A stretch of 64,000 bases of DNA from Gemmatimonadota bacterium (lineage in GTDB: Bacteria > Gemmatimonadota > Gemmatimonadetes > Palauibacterales > Palauibacteraceae), in assembly GCA_963666735.1 (NCBI GenBank), contig OY762926.1, positions 2,336,001 through 2,400,000 on the forward strand, given 5' to 3'. A program made the position numbers and the translations under genes. The notes below the pieces were generated by a model. That model made no database searches, was not told the origin of the DNA, and saw only the letters and a program-made list of their open reading frames with translations. Each line of letters begins with the position of its first letter. The stretch's first letter is position 1. This document shows positions 38,540 through 47,763 of the stretch, piece after piece.

Positions 38540-39745
38540 TCATGGACTGAAGAACTGCCGTCGCACCTCGCCGCTCCCGACGAACTGGGACAGCAGGCGA
38601 TAATTGTTGCGTTCAAAACGCACGCGGCCCGCCACAACGGCCGGATGAACTCCCACATCGCTTGCGAAGTGCATCACGTTCATCGCTGTGGGACGCTCAC
38701 GAACGCCGCTGGCGTCCCATGCATCCCCGGGGATCAGTGCCTCCTCCGCCCACTCGTCGGCCTCCCCTTCGCGCGGATCCTCGGTGGAAGCCCTGGCGCG
38801 ACGGAGCGAATGATCGTCGAGGAACGCCCGGGGATCGTCGTAGTCCATGTGGCGCCCTACATGTGCCAGCTCGTGCAGAAGGCAGAACCAGAAGTTGTCT
38901 ATGCGATTGTGCCTGAGGGTCAGAGCCACCACGGGGGTCCCGTCGGCGAGCTGCAGCGCTGCGCCATCAAGGTAGGTGCGCGGCAGGTGTTCCAGGGCCA
39001 CGAACGGGATTCCGAGTTCGGTCAGGCTGGCTTCGGCGCGGCTGGGACCATCTCGCAGCGGACTCATCCTCGCCAGTTCGCGCAGAACATCCGGGGTGAT
39101 GCACCCGGGAGCGAAATCGGCCTTCGGTCGGTTCGCGTTCGCGACCGCCATCGCCTGCCAACACCAGGCCTGCAGCGCGTAAGCGTCGGCCTTGGCGTTC
39201 GCCCGGAGGCCCGTTTGCCGAAACATCACGGCGCCGCCGGGCCCGACGCCGGCGCGCTCCACAAACCGTTCCATGATCTCCTTGGCATGGTGTGCCAGTG
39301 ATGGGACCTTGGGGATCCAGCCGCGATTGGCCATCGTGCGGAGCGGAAAGCGCCTCCAGTGGTCGTCGTCCCAGTCCTCCGGCGGATCCGGCCTTCGCAG
39401 CAGATTTTCGGCCCGAACGCCCAGGTGCCTATGTAGCGCTCGCGCCATGGGGAGCGTCAGCGGACGCTTGCGGCCCAGTACTTCCGACACCCTCGCGGCA
39501 CTCCCGATGAAGGGAACCAGGTCACGCGGCGACAGATCGCGCTCCTCCATGCGCAACTTGATGGCGTCGATCGGATCCAGGTCGCCCGTGGGGAAGTGCC
39601 TTCGCTCATAGAGCTCCACCAAATCCGCCAGGATGTCCAACTCTCGCGCTTGATCGCTTCGCGGATCTGCACCCATCAGTTCGGAGATCCGAGCAAGGGC
39701 GGCTTGGTAGGCGGTCTCGGAGCGGATGGGTCTCAGCTGTGGCAT
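38540..39745 (-). CDS. higA: HigA-like HTH antitoxin fused to ImmA/IrrE (M78) metallopeptidase
   Basis: LRPIRSETAYQAAL…DPIDAIKLRMEE…SEVLGRKRPLTL; FWFCLLHELAH HExxH motif; E.EAD..A. Confidence 0.87.
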   Translation of the reverse strand: MPQLRPIRSETAYQAALARISELMGADPRSDQARELDILADLVELYERRHFPTGDLDPIDAIKLRMEERDLSPRDLVPFIGSAARVSEVLGRKRPLTLPMARALHRHLGVRAENLLRRPDPPEDWDDDHWRRFPLRTMANRGWIPKVPSLAHHAKEIMERFVERAGVGPGGAVMFRQTGLRANAKADAYALQAWCWQAMAVANANRPKADFAPGCITPDVLRELARMSPLRDGPSRAEASLTELGIPFVALEHLPRTYLDGAALQLADGTPVVALTLRHNRIDNFWFCLLHELAHVGRHMDYDDPRAFLDDHSLRRARASTEDPREGEADEWAEEALIPGDAWDASGVRERPTAMNVMHFASDVGVHPAVVAGRVRFERNNYRLLSQFVGSGEVRRQFFSP

Positions 39746-39761
39746 CTTCTTGTTCCCTCAG

Positions 39762-40055
39762 TCAGATCGTGGCCGCGTCCACCCGGTCGTACTCGCTGTG
39801 CGTGCCCGCAAATCGCACGAAGATTATCCGGTTGGCGTAGTCCACCTGCGCGACGATTCGGTAGCGGTTTCCTCAAATTCTGAAGACCACCCTGTGACCG
39901 GGCAGGATGCTGGGATTCCATCTGCCGGCCCGGACATCGGCAGGACCAACCCATTCAGCCCGTTCGACATCTTGAAGCCAGTCCACGAACGCGCTCCGCG
40001 CGTCCGCGTGATCTCTTGCGCAGTCGTGAATCAGCTTCTGGGAGACGATCCGCAT
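39762..40055 (-). pseudogene. higB: HigB family toxin interrupted by an in-frame TGA
   Basis: MRIVSQK…RVVFRI-TGA(39875-39873)-GNRYRIVAQVDY…FAGTHSEYDRVDAATI*; same frame continues to a full-length 97-codon HigB. Confidence 0.85.
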
Positions 40056-40105
40056 GGCATCCTGACATCGAGTACATCTCCATCCAAGATATCGTATCTA
40101 GACAG

Positions 40106-40120
40106 TTTCCAAACCGGAAA
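40106..40120. promoter_or_regulatory. Inverted repeat upstream of higBA (putative operator)
   Basis: TTTCC-aaacc-GGAAA in AT-rich patch about 50 bp upstream of higB. Confidence 0.45.
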
Positions 40121-40121
40121 G

Positions 40122-40406
40122 CTAGATGCCGGTCACATCGTGATCAAAGACCAGCGCGACGGCGTCGGGCGCGAAGCGGAAATCGGGGTAGCGGAGGGCG
40201 AGCAGCGATCGGAGCGCCTCTTCCACCGACCGCTCCTCGTTCCTGGTCGCCACGATCACGGAGAGACTGGGAGGCGGGGGCTCGTCGGCGGCGGCGGGCT
40301 TCACCTCATCGAGCCGGCCAACCTTGAGCCCGCTGTAGGTGACGGTCCCCGCGATGCTCGTCCACACAACGAGCGTGAGGACCGCGAGCGCGAGGAGCAG
40401 CGTCAC
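40122..40406 (-). pseudogene. Truncated family-2 glycosyltransferase (N-terminal fragment)
   Basis: TM helix then PSLSVIVATRNEERSVEEALRSLLALRYP (GT2 start); ends before any DxD motif. Confidence 0.75.
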
Positions 40407-40458
40407 CGTCTATCGCCGTCCGGCGAGTGGCCGGCCCGGCAGGCGGGGGAGAGGAGTG

Positions 40459-42045
40459 CTAACGGGTGCCGCTCGTGATCGGCTGGCCCGGGTAGACGCC
40501 CGGCACGATCTCCCCGCCCCGGACCACGGCCGTTCCCTCGACGAGGAGGTGCATGACTCCCTCCGAGGGCGCCGCCGGATCGGCGTACGTCGAGCGGTCG
40601 ATGATCGTCTCCGGGTCGAACACGACGATGTCCGCGTCGGCGCCGGCCTGCACCCTGCCCTTCCGCGCCATCACCGGCGCGAAACCCTCCACCCGCTGCG
40701 CCGGCAGGATCGTCATCTTGGCGAGCGCGTCCATGAGGCTCAGCGCCCCGCGCTCACGCACGTAGTGGCCGAGCACCCGCGCATAGGTCCCCGCGCCGCG
40801 GGGATGGATCGCCTCGTACAGATAGGGGATCCCGTCGCTGGCCACGATCACGTCGGGCTGCGCGACGATCCACTCGTTCGTCTCCTCGTTCCTCCCGTGG
40901 ATCACGACCCAGCCGCCCTGTTCCCGGTAGCGGCGGAAGCTCTCCGCGTTCAGCCGCTCCGGCGTCCCGGACCACTGCAGACGGCCGTATTCCTCGTCGG
41001 AGAGTCCCTCCCACGAGTCGAACAGGGCCGACTCGATGCGCGTCGAGCCCGCCGTATAGGGGTAGGATTCCGTCGTGATGTCGATCCCCCGCTCGCGCGC
41101 CCCGCGGATCATCTCCAGCGTCGTGCGCGCCAACTCGTCGGCGCTCGAGTTCATGTGGACGATGTGGAGCGAGGCCCCCGTCGCGAGCGCGTTCGCGATC
41201 ACCTCCTGGAAAGCGCCCAGCGTGCCGCCCGAGTTCTCGCCCCGGATGTGCACGTAGGCCGGAGCCCCCTGCGCCGCGGCGAGTTGGAAGGCCCGGTAGA
41301 TCTCCGTCCGCGACGCGCCCGGCGTGTAGGTGATCCCAAATCCGATCCCGAGCCCGCCCTCCTCCAGGCCCGAAGCGATGAGCCCGTTCAGTTCGAGAAT
41401 CTGATCGTCGTCCAATTCGCCGTACACCGCCTCCGACTCGAACGGGCTGGGCTCCCCCGGGGGCGTCATCGTCGAGTGTCCCACGTCCACGCCCGTGACG
41501 AGCTTCACGCGAGCACCCGGGTGGCTCACCGTCGCTCCGAAGTGGATGGGGGCCGTCCCCTCGCGGGAGGCGACCCACTCGGCCACCGGGTACACGCCAA
41601 TCTCCATCTCGAGCGCCGTCGTTACGCCGTCGAGCGCCTGGAGCTTGGCGCTCACCGTGTCCTGTCCATGGGCGTGCAGGTCGATGAAGCCGGGCGCGAC
41701 CACGAGGCCCGTGGCGCCGATCGTGTCCCGTCCTTGGACGCCCCCCTCCACGACCGCCGTGATTCGTCCGTCGGCGACCGCGACATCACGCGCGGCGTCC
41801 AGCCGCGTCTCCGGGTCCATGACCCGACCGCCGAGGATGACGAGGTCCGCGACGCCCCCCGCTCCCGCGGCCGCGTCCCCGCTTTCGGGAGAACCCTCGG
41901 GGGAACTTTCCGGAGAACCTTCGGGGGAAGCGCAGGCCGCGAACGCGAGGGACATCAGCCACGCGATTCCAAGCGTCGAGGCTGCCCGCCCGCGCGCCGT
42001 TCGCGTGCCACGGCCGCCGCCCCTGTCGCCGCTGTCGATCGTCAT
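40459..42045 (-). CDS. Lipoprotein amidohydrolase (D-aminoacylase/D-glutamate deacylase-like)
   Basis: LAFAAC lipobox; PGFIDLHAH, HPRGAGTYARVLG, GADADIVVFD; SPEG/SPES repeats near N-terminus. Confidence 0.88.
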   Translation of the reverse strand: MTIDSGDRGGGRGTRTARGRAASTLGIAWLMSLAFAACASPEGSPESSPEGSPESGDAAAGAGGVADLVILGGRVMDPETRLDAARDVAVADGRITAVVEGGVQGRDTIGATGLVVAPGFIDLHAHGQDTVSAKLQALDGVTTALEMEIGVYPVAEWVASREGTAPIHFGATVSHPGARVKLVTGVDVGHSTMTPPGEPSPFESEAVYGELDDDQILELNGLIASGLEEGGLGIGFGITYTPGASRTEIYRAFQLAAAQGAPAYVHIRGENSGGTLGAFQEVIANALATGASLHIVHMNSSADELARTTLEMIRGARERGIDITTESYPYTAGSTRIESALFDSWEGLSDEEYGRLQWSGTPERLNAESFRRYREQGGWVVIHGRNEETNEWIVAQPDVIVASDGIPYLYEAIHPRGAGTYARVLGHYVRERGALSLMDALAKMTILPAQRVEGFAPVMARKGRVQAGADADIVVFDPETIIDRSTYADPAAPSEGVMHLLVEGTAVVRGGEIVPGVYPGQPITSGTR

Positions 42046-43439
42046 GCGACCACCTTTCCCGGGTTCATGAGGCGCTTCGGGTCGAGCGCCTCCTTGATCG
42101 AACGCATGGCGTCGACCGCATCTCCGTGCTGCGCCCGCATGTAGGGGATCTTCCCGTAACCGACCCCGTGCTCGCCGGTGCAGGTGCCGCCGACCGCGAT
42201 CGCCTGCTCGATCATGCGCGCGTTCACCCGCTTCGCCCGCGCCATCTCCTCTTCATCGTCCGGATCGATGATGAAGAGAACGTGGAAATTGCCGTCTCCC
42301 GCGTGGGCCACGATCGGCGCCAGCAGACCCTCCGCGTCGATGGCTTCGCGGGTCTTCAGTAGACATTCGGCGAGCGAGGAGATCGGGACGCAGACATCCG
42401 TCGCCCACCCCCGGGCTCCCGGACGCAGGGCAAGCGAGGCGTAGTAGGCCTCGTGCCGGGCCGCCCACAGCCGCGACCGCTCCCCGGCGCGCGTGGCCCA
42501 CTCGAAGTCCGTTCCGCCCAGTTCCTTCGCGATGAGGCCCACTTCGGCCGACTGCTCCTCGACACCGGCGGCCGATCCGTGGAACTCGAAGAAGAGCGTG
42601 GGACGCACGGGATAGTCGAAGTCGGAATACCGGTTCACCGCGTCCATCTGCACTTCGTCGAGGAGTTCGGCGCGCGCGACCGGCACTCCGCTCTGGATCG
42701 TGTGGATCACGGCGTCCACCGCGTCGGCCAGCGTCGGGAAGGAACACACCGCCGAGGCGATCGCCTCCGGAATCCCGTGCAGCCGGAGCAGGACTTCCGT
42801 GATGATGCCGATCGTGCCCTCGGAGCCGACGAAGAGCCGCGTGAGGTCGTAGCCCGCCGACGATTTACGCGCGCGCCCGCCCGTCCGGATCACCGCGCCG
42901 TCCGGGAGCACGACGGTGAGGCCGAGCACGTTTTCCCGCATCGTGCCGTAGCGGACGGTGGTCGTCCCGGAGGCCCCGGTCGCGGCCATCCCGCCGAGGC
43001 TCGCATCGGCGCCCGGGTCGATGGGGAAGAACAGGCCCGTCCCCTTCAAGTGCTGCTCCAGCGCCATGCGCGTCATCCCCGCCTCGACGCGGCAGTCCAT
43101 GTCCTCGGGGTTGAGTTCGACGAGGCGCTTGAGGCCGCTCGTCGCGATCGTCACCCCCCCGCGCAGCGCGGCGACATGCCCCTCGAGCGAGGTCCCGGCC
43201 CCGAACCCGATCATCGGGACGTCGTGCCGGTGGCAGGCGCGCACGACCGCGGACACCTCGGCCGTCGACGCGGGGAAGACCACCGCGTCGGGCGGCTCGT
43301 TGGCGTGGAACGACTCGCCTTCGCCGTGCTGCCGGCGCATCGCCTCGGCCATCGTGAAACGGTCGCCGAACACCTGTTCGAGTTCGTTCTCGAGCGCCGC
43401 CGGGAGCGGGGTCCGTTGCGTCGGTGTGATCGTGCTCAT
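42042..43439 (-). CDS. FAD-linked oxidase, D-lactate dehydrogenase/GlcD family
   Basis: GAGTSLEG, DPGADASLGGM, GSEGT, HAGDGNFH, GEHGVG, MNPGK. Confidence 0.92.
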   Translation of the reverse strand: MSTITPTQRTPLPAALENELEQVFGDRFTMAEAMRRQHGEGESFHANEPPDAVVFPASTAEVSAVVRACHRHDVPMIGFGAGTSLEGHVAALRGGVTIATSGLKRLVELNPEDMDCRVEAGMTRMALEQHLKGTGLFFPIDPGADASLGGMAATGASGTTTVRYGTMRENVLGLTVVLPDGAVIRTGGRARKSSAGYDLTRLFVGSEGTIGIITEVLLRLHGIPEAIASAVCSFPTLADAVDAVIHTIQSGVPVARAELLDEVQMDAVNRYSDFDYPVRPTLFFEFHGSAAGVEEQSAEVGLIAKELGGTDFEWATRAGERSRLWAARHEAYYASLALRPGARGWATDVCVPISSLAECLLKTREAIDAEGLLAPIVAHAGDGNFHVLFIIDPDDEEEMARAKRVNARMIEQAIAVGGTCTGEHGVGYGKIPYMRAQHGDAVDAMRSIKEALDPKRLMNPGKVVA

Positions 43440-43545
43440 GCCGGACGTTGCCGCCCGGCCCCGCCCTGCGTCAAACGCGTGCGGGGGCCGGCCATTCCGC
43501 ACCCCGTCTCTTGACCGGTGCCCGCGCCGCCCGGACTTTGCGCGC

Positions 43546-44022
43546 ATGGACATGCGTGGAGTGATGCTCTTTCTGCATCTGACCGGGCTGGCGCTGTGGT
43601 TCGGCGTCACCTTCTCGCTCGCGATCCTCGGCGTCCGGGCCAACAAGACGGGCGACCGGAACGTGATCGCGTTCATCTATCGCGCCGGCCACCGGCTGCT
43701 CAGGGGTCCCGGGCTCATCGGCATGGTGCTGACCACCGTCGCCGGATTCGGGCTCGCCGGCCTGGGCGGCTACGGCGTCTTCCGGCTCACGCCGCACTGG
43801 CAGTTTCAGATGCAGGTGCTGGGGCTGATCGCGTTCGCCCTCGCGGTGGCGATTCAGATCCCCAACTCGGGCCGGCTCGCGCGCGCGGCGGAAGCCTCCG
43901 CCACCGCCGGCGAGGACAGCGCCTCGTTCCTTCGTTTCCGGAAGACGAACGCGATCGTGGCCTCGATCAACGGCGTGCTGATCCTGATCGTGACGCTGCT
44001 GGGGACCATCCGCCCCATGTAG
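43546..44022 (+). CDS. Four-TM integral membrane protein (DUF2269-like)
   Basis: LFLHLTGLALWFG start, four hydrophobic helices, ends …IRPM. Confidence 0.65.
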   Translation: MDMRGVMLFLHLTGLALWFGVTFSLAILGVRANKTGDRNVIAFIYRAGHRLLRGPGLIGMVLTTVAGFGLAGLGGYGVFRLTPHWQFQMQVLGLIAFALAVAIQIPNSGRLARAAEASATAGEDSASFLRFRKTNAIVASINGVLILIVTLLGTIRPM

Positions 44023-44037
44023 CGCCCGCAACCGCCC

Positions 44038-46368
44038 TCAGTTCCCCGGCACGCCGAGTCCGGCGAGCAACCCGAAGTGGTCCGCGCGCCCATAGGCCTC
44101 CTCGGCGGCTTCCACGTCTCCCAGGTGTTCCTCCGTCATGCCGTGCAGGTAGTACGCGAGGTAGTACTGGGCCGGGATGCTCGACTGCGTGGACGGCTCG
44201 GGCCACTCGTCCCACTCCAGGACGCCATCGAAGCGGAATACATCCCACAGCAGTTCGCTCGTGCGCGCCCGGTCGTTCCACGTCGGCGATATCGTGTTCG
44301 GCATGTACGCGCGCAGGTTCACGAGGTCGTCCGTCTCCTCGAGCGCCGCGTCCACGAGCTTGAAGGCCAGCCCGTGCCGCACGAGGTGCGGCTGCAGCCC
44401 CCACTTTCCGTACACCGGCGGGGCCGTCGCCGCGAAGTAGACCGGCCGGTCCCCCAGCGACTGCTGCATGATGTGGAACACGAGGATGTCGGGATAGAGA
44501 ATCGAGTCCCCGCCACGCACGGTCGCCGTCACCGCGCTCGACACCCGGAATGCCGTGTCCTGCTCGATCGCGATACCCGGCGCGAGCCCATCGATCTGCG
44601 CGTCGTTCAGGGCGATGATCGAGCGCGTCGGAGACGGCGCCGCCGCATCGGCGTACGGGCTCGCCGCATTCGCCGCATCGAAGGGACGCTGGCACACGAT
44701 GGTTGTGGGAGAATCCGCCGCGGACACCCCCGGCTCGCAGGGCGTCGTCAGGGACCGCAGCTGTTTCGGATACCAGTCCGTGCCGAGGTAGGAGTGGACG
44801 ATGACGGTCACGTCGCGCCGAATCCCCTCCACTTCCTGCAGATACCAGAGCGGAAACGTGTCGTTGTCCCCGTTCGTGAACAGCACGCCGTAGGGTTCCA
44901 CCGACTGCAGGATGTTGTACGCCCAGTCGCGGGCCGCGCTGTCCTCCGTCCGGTCCGCGCGCGCGAAGTTGAAGAAGAAGGGCACGAACGCGACGGCGAG
45001 GATCGGCGCCGCCCTCCAGTGCCGCTCGTTGAAGCCGGCCGGGCGGTCCTCCGGCGGACGCGTCCTGCCCGGTAGCGCGGCGGTCCTCTGTCGGGCCGGG
45101 ACGGTCCAGTTGCCCCACAGCGAGACGAGTCCCAGTCCGGCGTAGATCCCCCACAACTGGAAGCCGATGATGTAGAAGTAGTCGCGCTCCCGCACCTCGT
45201 GCAGGAGCATGTTCGGCGCCTCCTCCAAGTACAGCGAGTAGCCGTACTTGAAGTTGAGATAGTAGACGAGAAGGAGCGTGACCGTGAAGAAGAGGGTGCC
45301 CGCGTAGACGAAGCGCTTCCGGTCGCTCCGGAAGTGGGTCCAGAGGCCGACCAGCGCGAGGAAGAGGAAGAGCATGCTTGCGGCGATCCGGCCGGCCGGC
45401 GGCAGCGAGCGCGCCCACTGCCAGTCGAAGTACTGCCAGTAGTTCGCGTATTGGGCGGACAGCGGGGCCTGGCGCTGCGTGACGGGTCCCGGGCCGTACT
45501 GATCGCGGATCAGCGACAGGGCCAGCGGCTCGCACGCGACGGAGAGTTTGCTGTTCCCGAAGCGGTCGTCGATCCGACTGGGCGTCACGGCCGATATGAG
45601 CGTCGGACACTCCGGGTCCGCCTCGTCGATGATCGGGTTCTGCGCCGACCGAATGGGGATGAAGAGGAGCTGCACCGAGTAGCCGACCGCGAACAGCGCC
45701 ACGCCCAGACCGAGAACGCGCGGGTTCAGGGCGGCCCGCCAGCGGTGCAGGAGGACAAAGAGCGCGAGCGCCGGGCCCGGCAGCAGCGACATGGTGTGAT
45801 TCGACCAGCCCAAACCGAGCAGGAGCGCGATCAACACGAGCAGCCGGTTCCCGCGCGCGGTGTCCGCCTCGTCCACCCAGACCATCGTCAGATAGCTCAC
45901 GAGGGAGACGACGAAGAGCGAGAGCGTGTAGACCTTCTCGTTCAGGTTCGACTGGGTCCACACGGTGAAGGCCGTCGCTCCGATCCACACGGCGACCATC
46001 GAAGCCACAAGGATCTCGTGCCGGTTCTCGCGAAAGTGCGCGACCATGCGCGCCACGGAAAGGAACCAGAAGAAGCTCGCCCCGGCGGAGAGCGTCGCGC
46101 TCAGCACGTTGATCCTGAGGGCGACCGGGAGGCCGGTGAAGCCGAGCAGGAGGTCCCATACGCGGCCCACGAGGACGAAGAACGGGTTCCCCGGCGGGTG
46201 CGGGAGCCCGAGGATGTGCGCCGTCGTCACGTATTCCGACGTGTCCCAGAAACCCGTCGTGGGCGCGATCGTCAGCAGATAGAGCGACCACACGGCGAGG
46301 GCCGTGACAAGCCCCCACAGACGCAGCGTCAGCGGACCGATCTTCTCGCGCTCGATGCCGTTCATCAC
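44038..46368 (-). CDS. DUF2723 / TMEM260-like GT-C glycosyltransferase (putative protein O-mannosyltransferase)
   Basis: APTTGFWDTSEY…LGLPHPPGNP, EKVY, RERDYFY, FTNGDNDTFPLWYLQEVEG; many TM helices. Confidence 0.87.
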   Translation of the reverse strand: MMNGIEREKIGPLTLRLWGLVTALAVWSLYLLTIAPTTGFWDTSEYVTTAHILGLPHPPGNPFFVLVGRVWDLLLGFTGLPVALRINVLSATLSAGASFFWFLSVARMVAHFRENRHEILVASMVAVWIGATAFTVWTQSNLNEKVYTLSLFVVSLVSYLTMVWVDEADTARGNRLLVLIALLLGLGWSNHTMSLLPGPALALFVLLHRWRAALNPRVLGLGVALFAVGYSVQLLFIPIRSAQNPIIDEADPECPTLISAVTPSRIDDRFGNSKLSVACEPLALSLIRDQYGPGPVTQRQAPLSAQYANYWQYFDWQWARSLPPAGRIAASMLFLFLALVGLWTHFRSDRKRFVYAGTLFFTVTLLLVYYLNFKYGYSLYLEEAPNMLLHEVRERDYFYIIGFQLWGIYAGLGLVSLWGNWTVPARQRTAALPGRTRPPEDRPAGFNERHWRAAPILAVAFVPFFFNFARADRTEDSAARDWAYNILQSVEPYGVLFTNGDNDTFPLWYLQEVEGIRRDVTVIVHSYLGTDWYPKQLRSLTTPCEPGVSAADSPTTIVCQRPFDAANAASPYADAAAPSPTRSIIALNDAQIDGLAPGIAIEQDTAFRVSSAVTATVRGGDSILYPDILVFHIMQQSLGDRPVYFAATAPPVYGKWGLQPHLVRHGLAFKLVDAALEETDDLVNLRAYMPNTISPTWNDRARTSELLWDVFRFDGVLEWDEWPEPSTQSSIPAQYYLAYYLHGMTEEHLGDVEAAEEAYGRADHFGLLAGLGVPGN

Positions 46369-46503
46369 GCCGGTGCTACGCCGCTCCGTTCACGAAGTTC
46401 GCGTGGGGAGATGCCGCCGCGAGTCTGGAACGGCCGCGGCGGTTCTATGTGCGCGCCGAAACTAGCCGCCGGTCGCGACGGGAGCGAGCCACCCCGCAGC
46501 CTG

Positions 46504-47718
46504 TCAGGAGCCGGCCCGGGCGAGCGGCCAGAGCTGAACGTACTCGATCCGAAATTCGTCGTACGCGGCGCCGAGGATGTAGTCGGGGCCGATTTCGAAC
46601 ACTCGCAGGCCGGGCGGAGTCTCCATGAAACCGAGCACCCGGCCCGCAGGGTCGAACACGGTCCAGACACGGTCGGTTTCGCCGGGCTGACGGTACTCTT
46701 CGACCCAAAGATGCTCGAGCCCGTCCACGCGGATGGTGTTGAACGCGGGGAACGCCTCGGTCAGCGCCATGTCGGCCACCTCGGCCAACGCGGCGGAGCG
46801 TTCCTCGCCGGACAGGTTCTCGTACCGCCGGGCGTGGTATGCGTCGAGGTCCGCGCGGGTGGGGCGCCGAGCTTCGTGGTCGCGTCGCACGATCCGCCTC
46901 GGCCCGCCGTCCGTGGCGTAGGCGCGGATTTCATAGCGGTCGTTGGCGCCGATCACGACAAGCTCTCCCCACACGGCGTAGATCGGGGAGCGGCTGAAGG
47001 GGTGCGGCCGGACGGACATTTCCTCCGCATTGGCGGACCATTCCCTGCCCGGATGCGTACCCAGCGTCGAATGTGCGCGGCCATCCGCCTCGACGATCCC
47101 GTACTCGAGCTCTATGCGAGCCACTCCGTCCGGGAAATCACCATCGGGAGGGCGAAAACTCGAAACCGTCCCGGCGAACAGCTTCCCCCCGGGCAGGAGT
47201 CCGATCAGGCGGTAGAAGGGATTCGGCAGCGAAACCGTGCGGCCGTGTTCTCCGTTCGCGTCGAAGACGGAGAACCGCCTCGCGTACGTGTCCGAGGCCG
47301 AGATGGAGTCGCCCGGCCAGCGCCCGACTGCGGAGGGCCCGCCGAGGCCGAATTCCCCCGGCCCCTCCCCCTCGCCCCCCCAGGTGCCCAGGTGGGCGCC
47401 GGTTTCGTCGAACATCCGCAGTTCGGCGGAACCCGCGTTCGCGACCACGATCCTTCCATCGGGGAGCCGGGTCGCATCCGCAACCCGGAACAGTTCGTAG
47501 GCGGGATCGCCTTCGACGGCGCCGAGCGAGAGTGTGGGCTCCGGGCCGATCCGCCACCCGAGCCGCGTATCGGACGCGGGCCTTTCATTCTCGACGACCG
47601 TCACGCCCGCGCTGTCCCGAACCACCGATTGAAGGCCGGCGTTCGCGCCCTGTGCGCCGCCGTAGGCAAGGAAAGAGGCCGTGGTCGCGAACAACCCGCC
47701 GAGAAACACGCTCCGCAT
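46504..47718 (-). CDS. 6-bladed beta-propeller (NHL-like) exported protein, array copy 7
   Basis: VRDSAGVTVVEN, GGEGEGPGEF, C-terminal DEFRIEYVQLW; FLAYGG where paralogs have a lipobox Cys. Confidence 0.8.
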   Translation of the reverse strand: MRSVFLGGLFATTASFLAYGGAQGANAGLQSVVRDSAGVTVVENERPASDTRLGWRIGPEPTLSLGAVEGDPAYELFRVADATRLPDGRIVVANAGSAELRMFDETGAHLGTWGGEGEGPGEFGLGGPSAVGRWPGDSISASDTYARRFSVFDANGEHGRTVSLPNPFYRLIGLLPGGKLFAGTVSSFRPPDGDFPDGVARIELEYGIVEADGRAHSTLGTHPGREWSANAEEMSVRPHPFSRSPIYAVWGELVVIGANDRYEIRAYATDGGPRRIVRRDHEARRPTRADLDAYHARRYENLSGEERSAALAEVADMALTEAFPAFNTIRVDGLEHLWVEEYRQPGETDRVWTVFDPAGRVLGFMETPPGLRVFEIGPDYILGAAYDEFRIEYVQLWPLARAGS

Positions 47719-47763
47719 GCTTACCTCCAGGTTTTCCTCAACGGCCGGCCGCGATCGTCTTGC

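Noticed and set aside
39873..39875. TGA in higB as a second selenocysteine codon
   Set aside because: Not a redox motif and only a weak bulged hairpin follows; nonsense mutation is simpler
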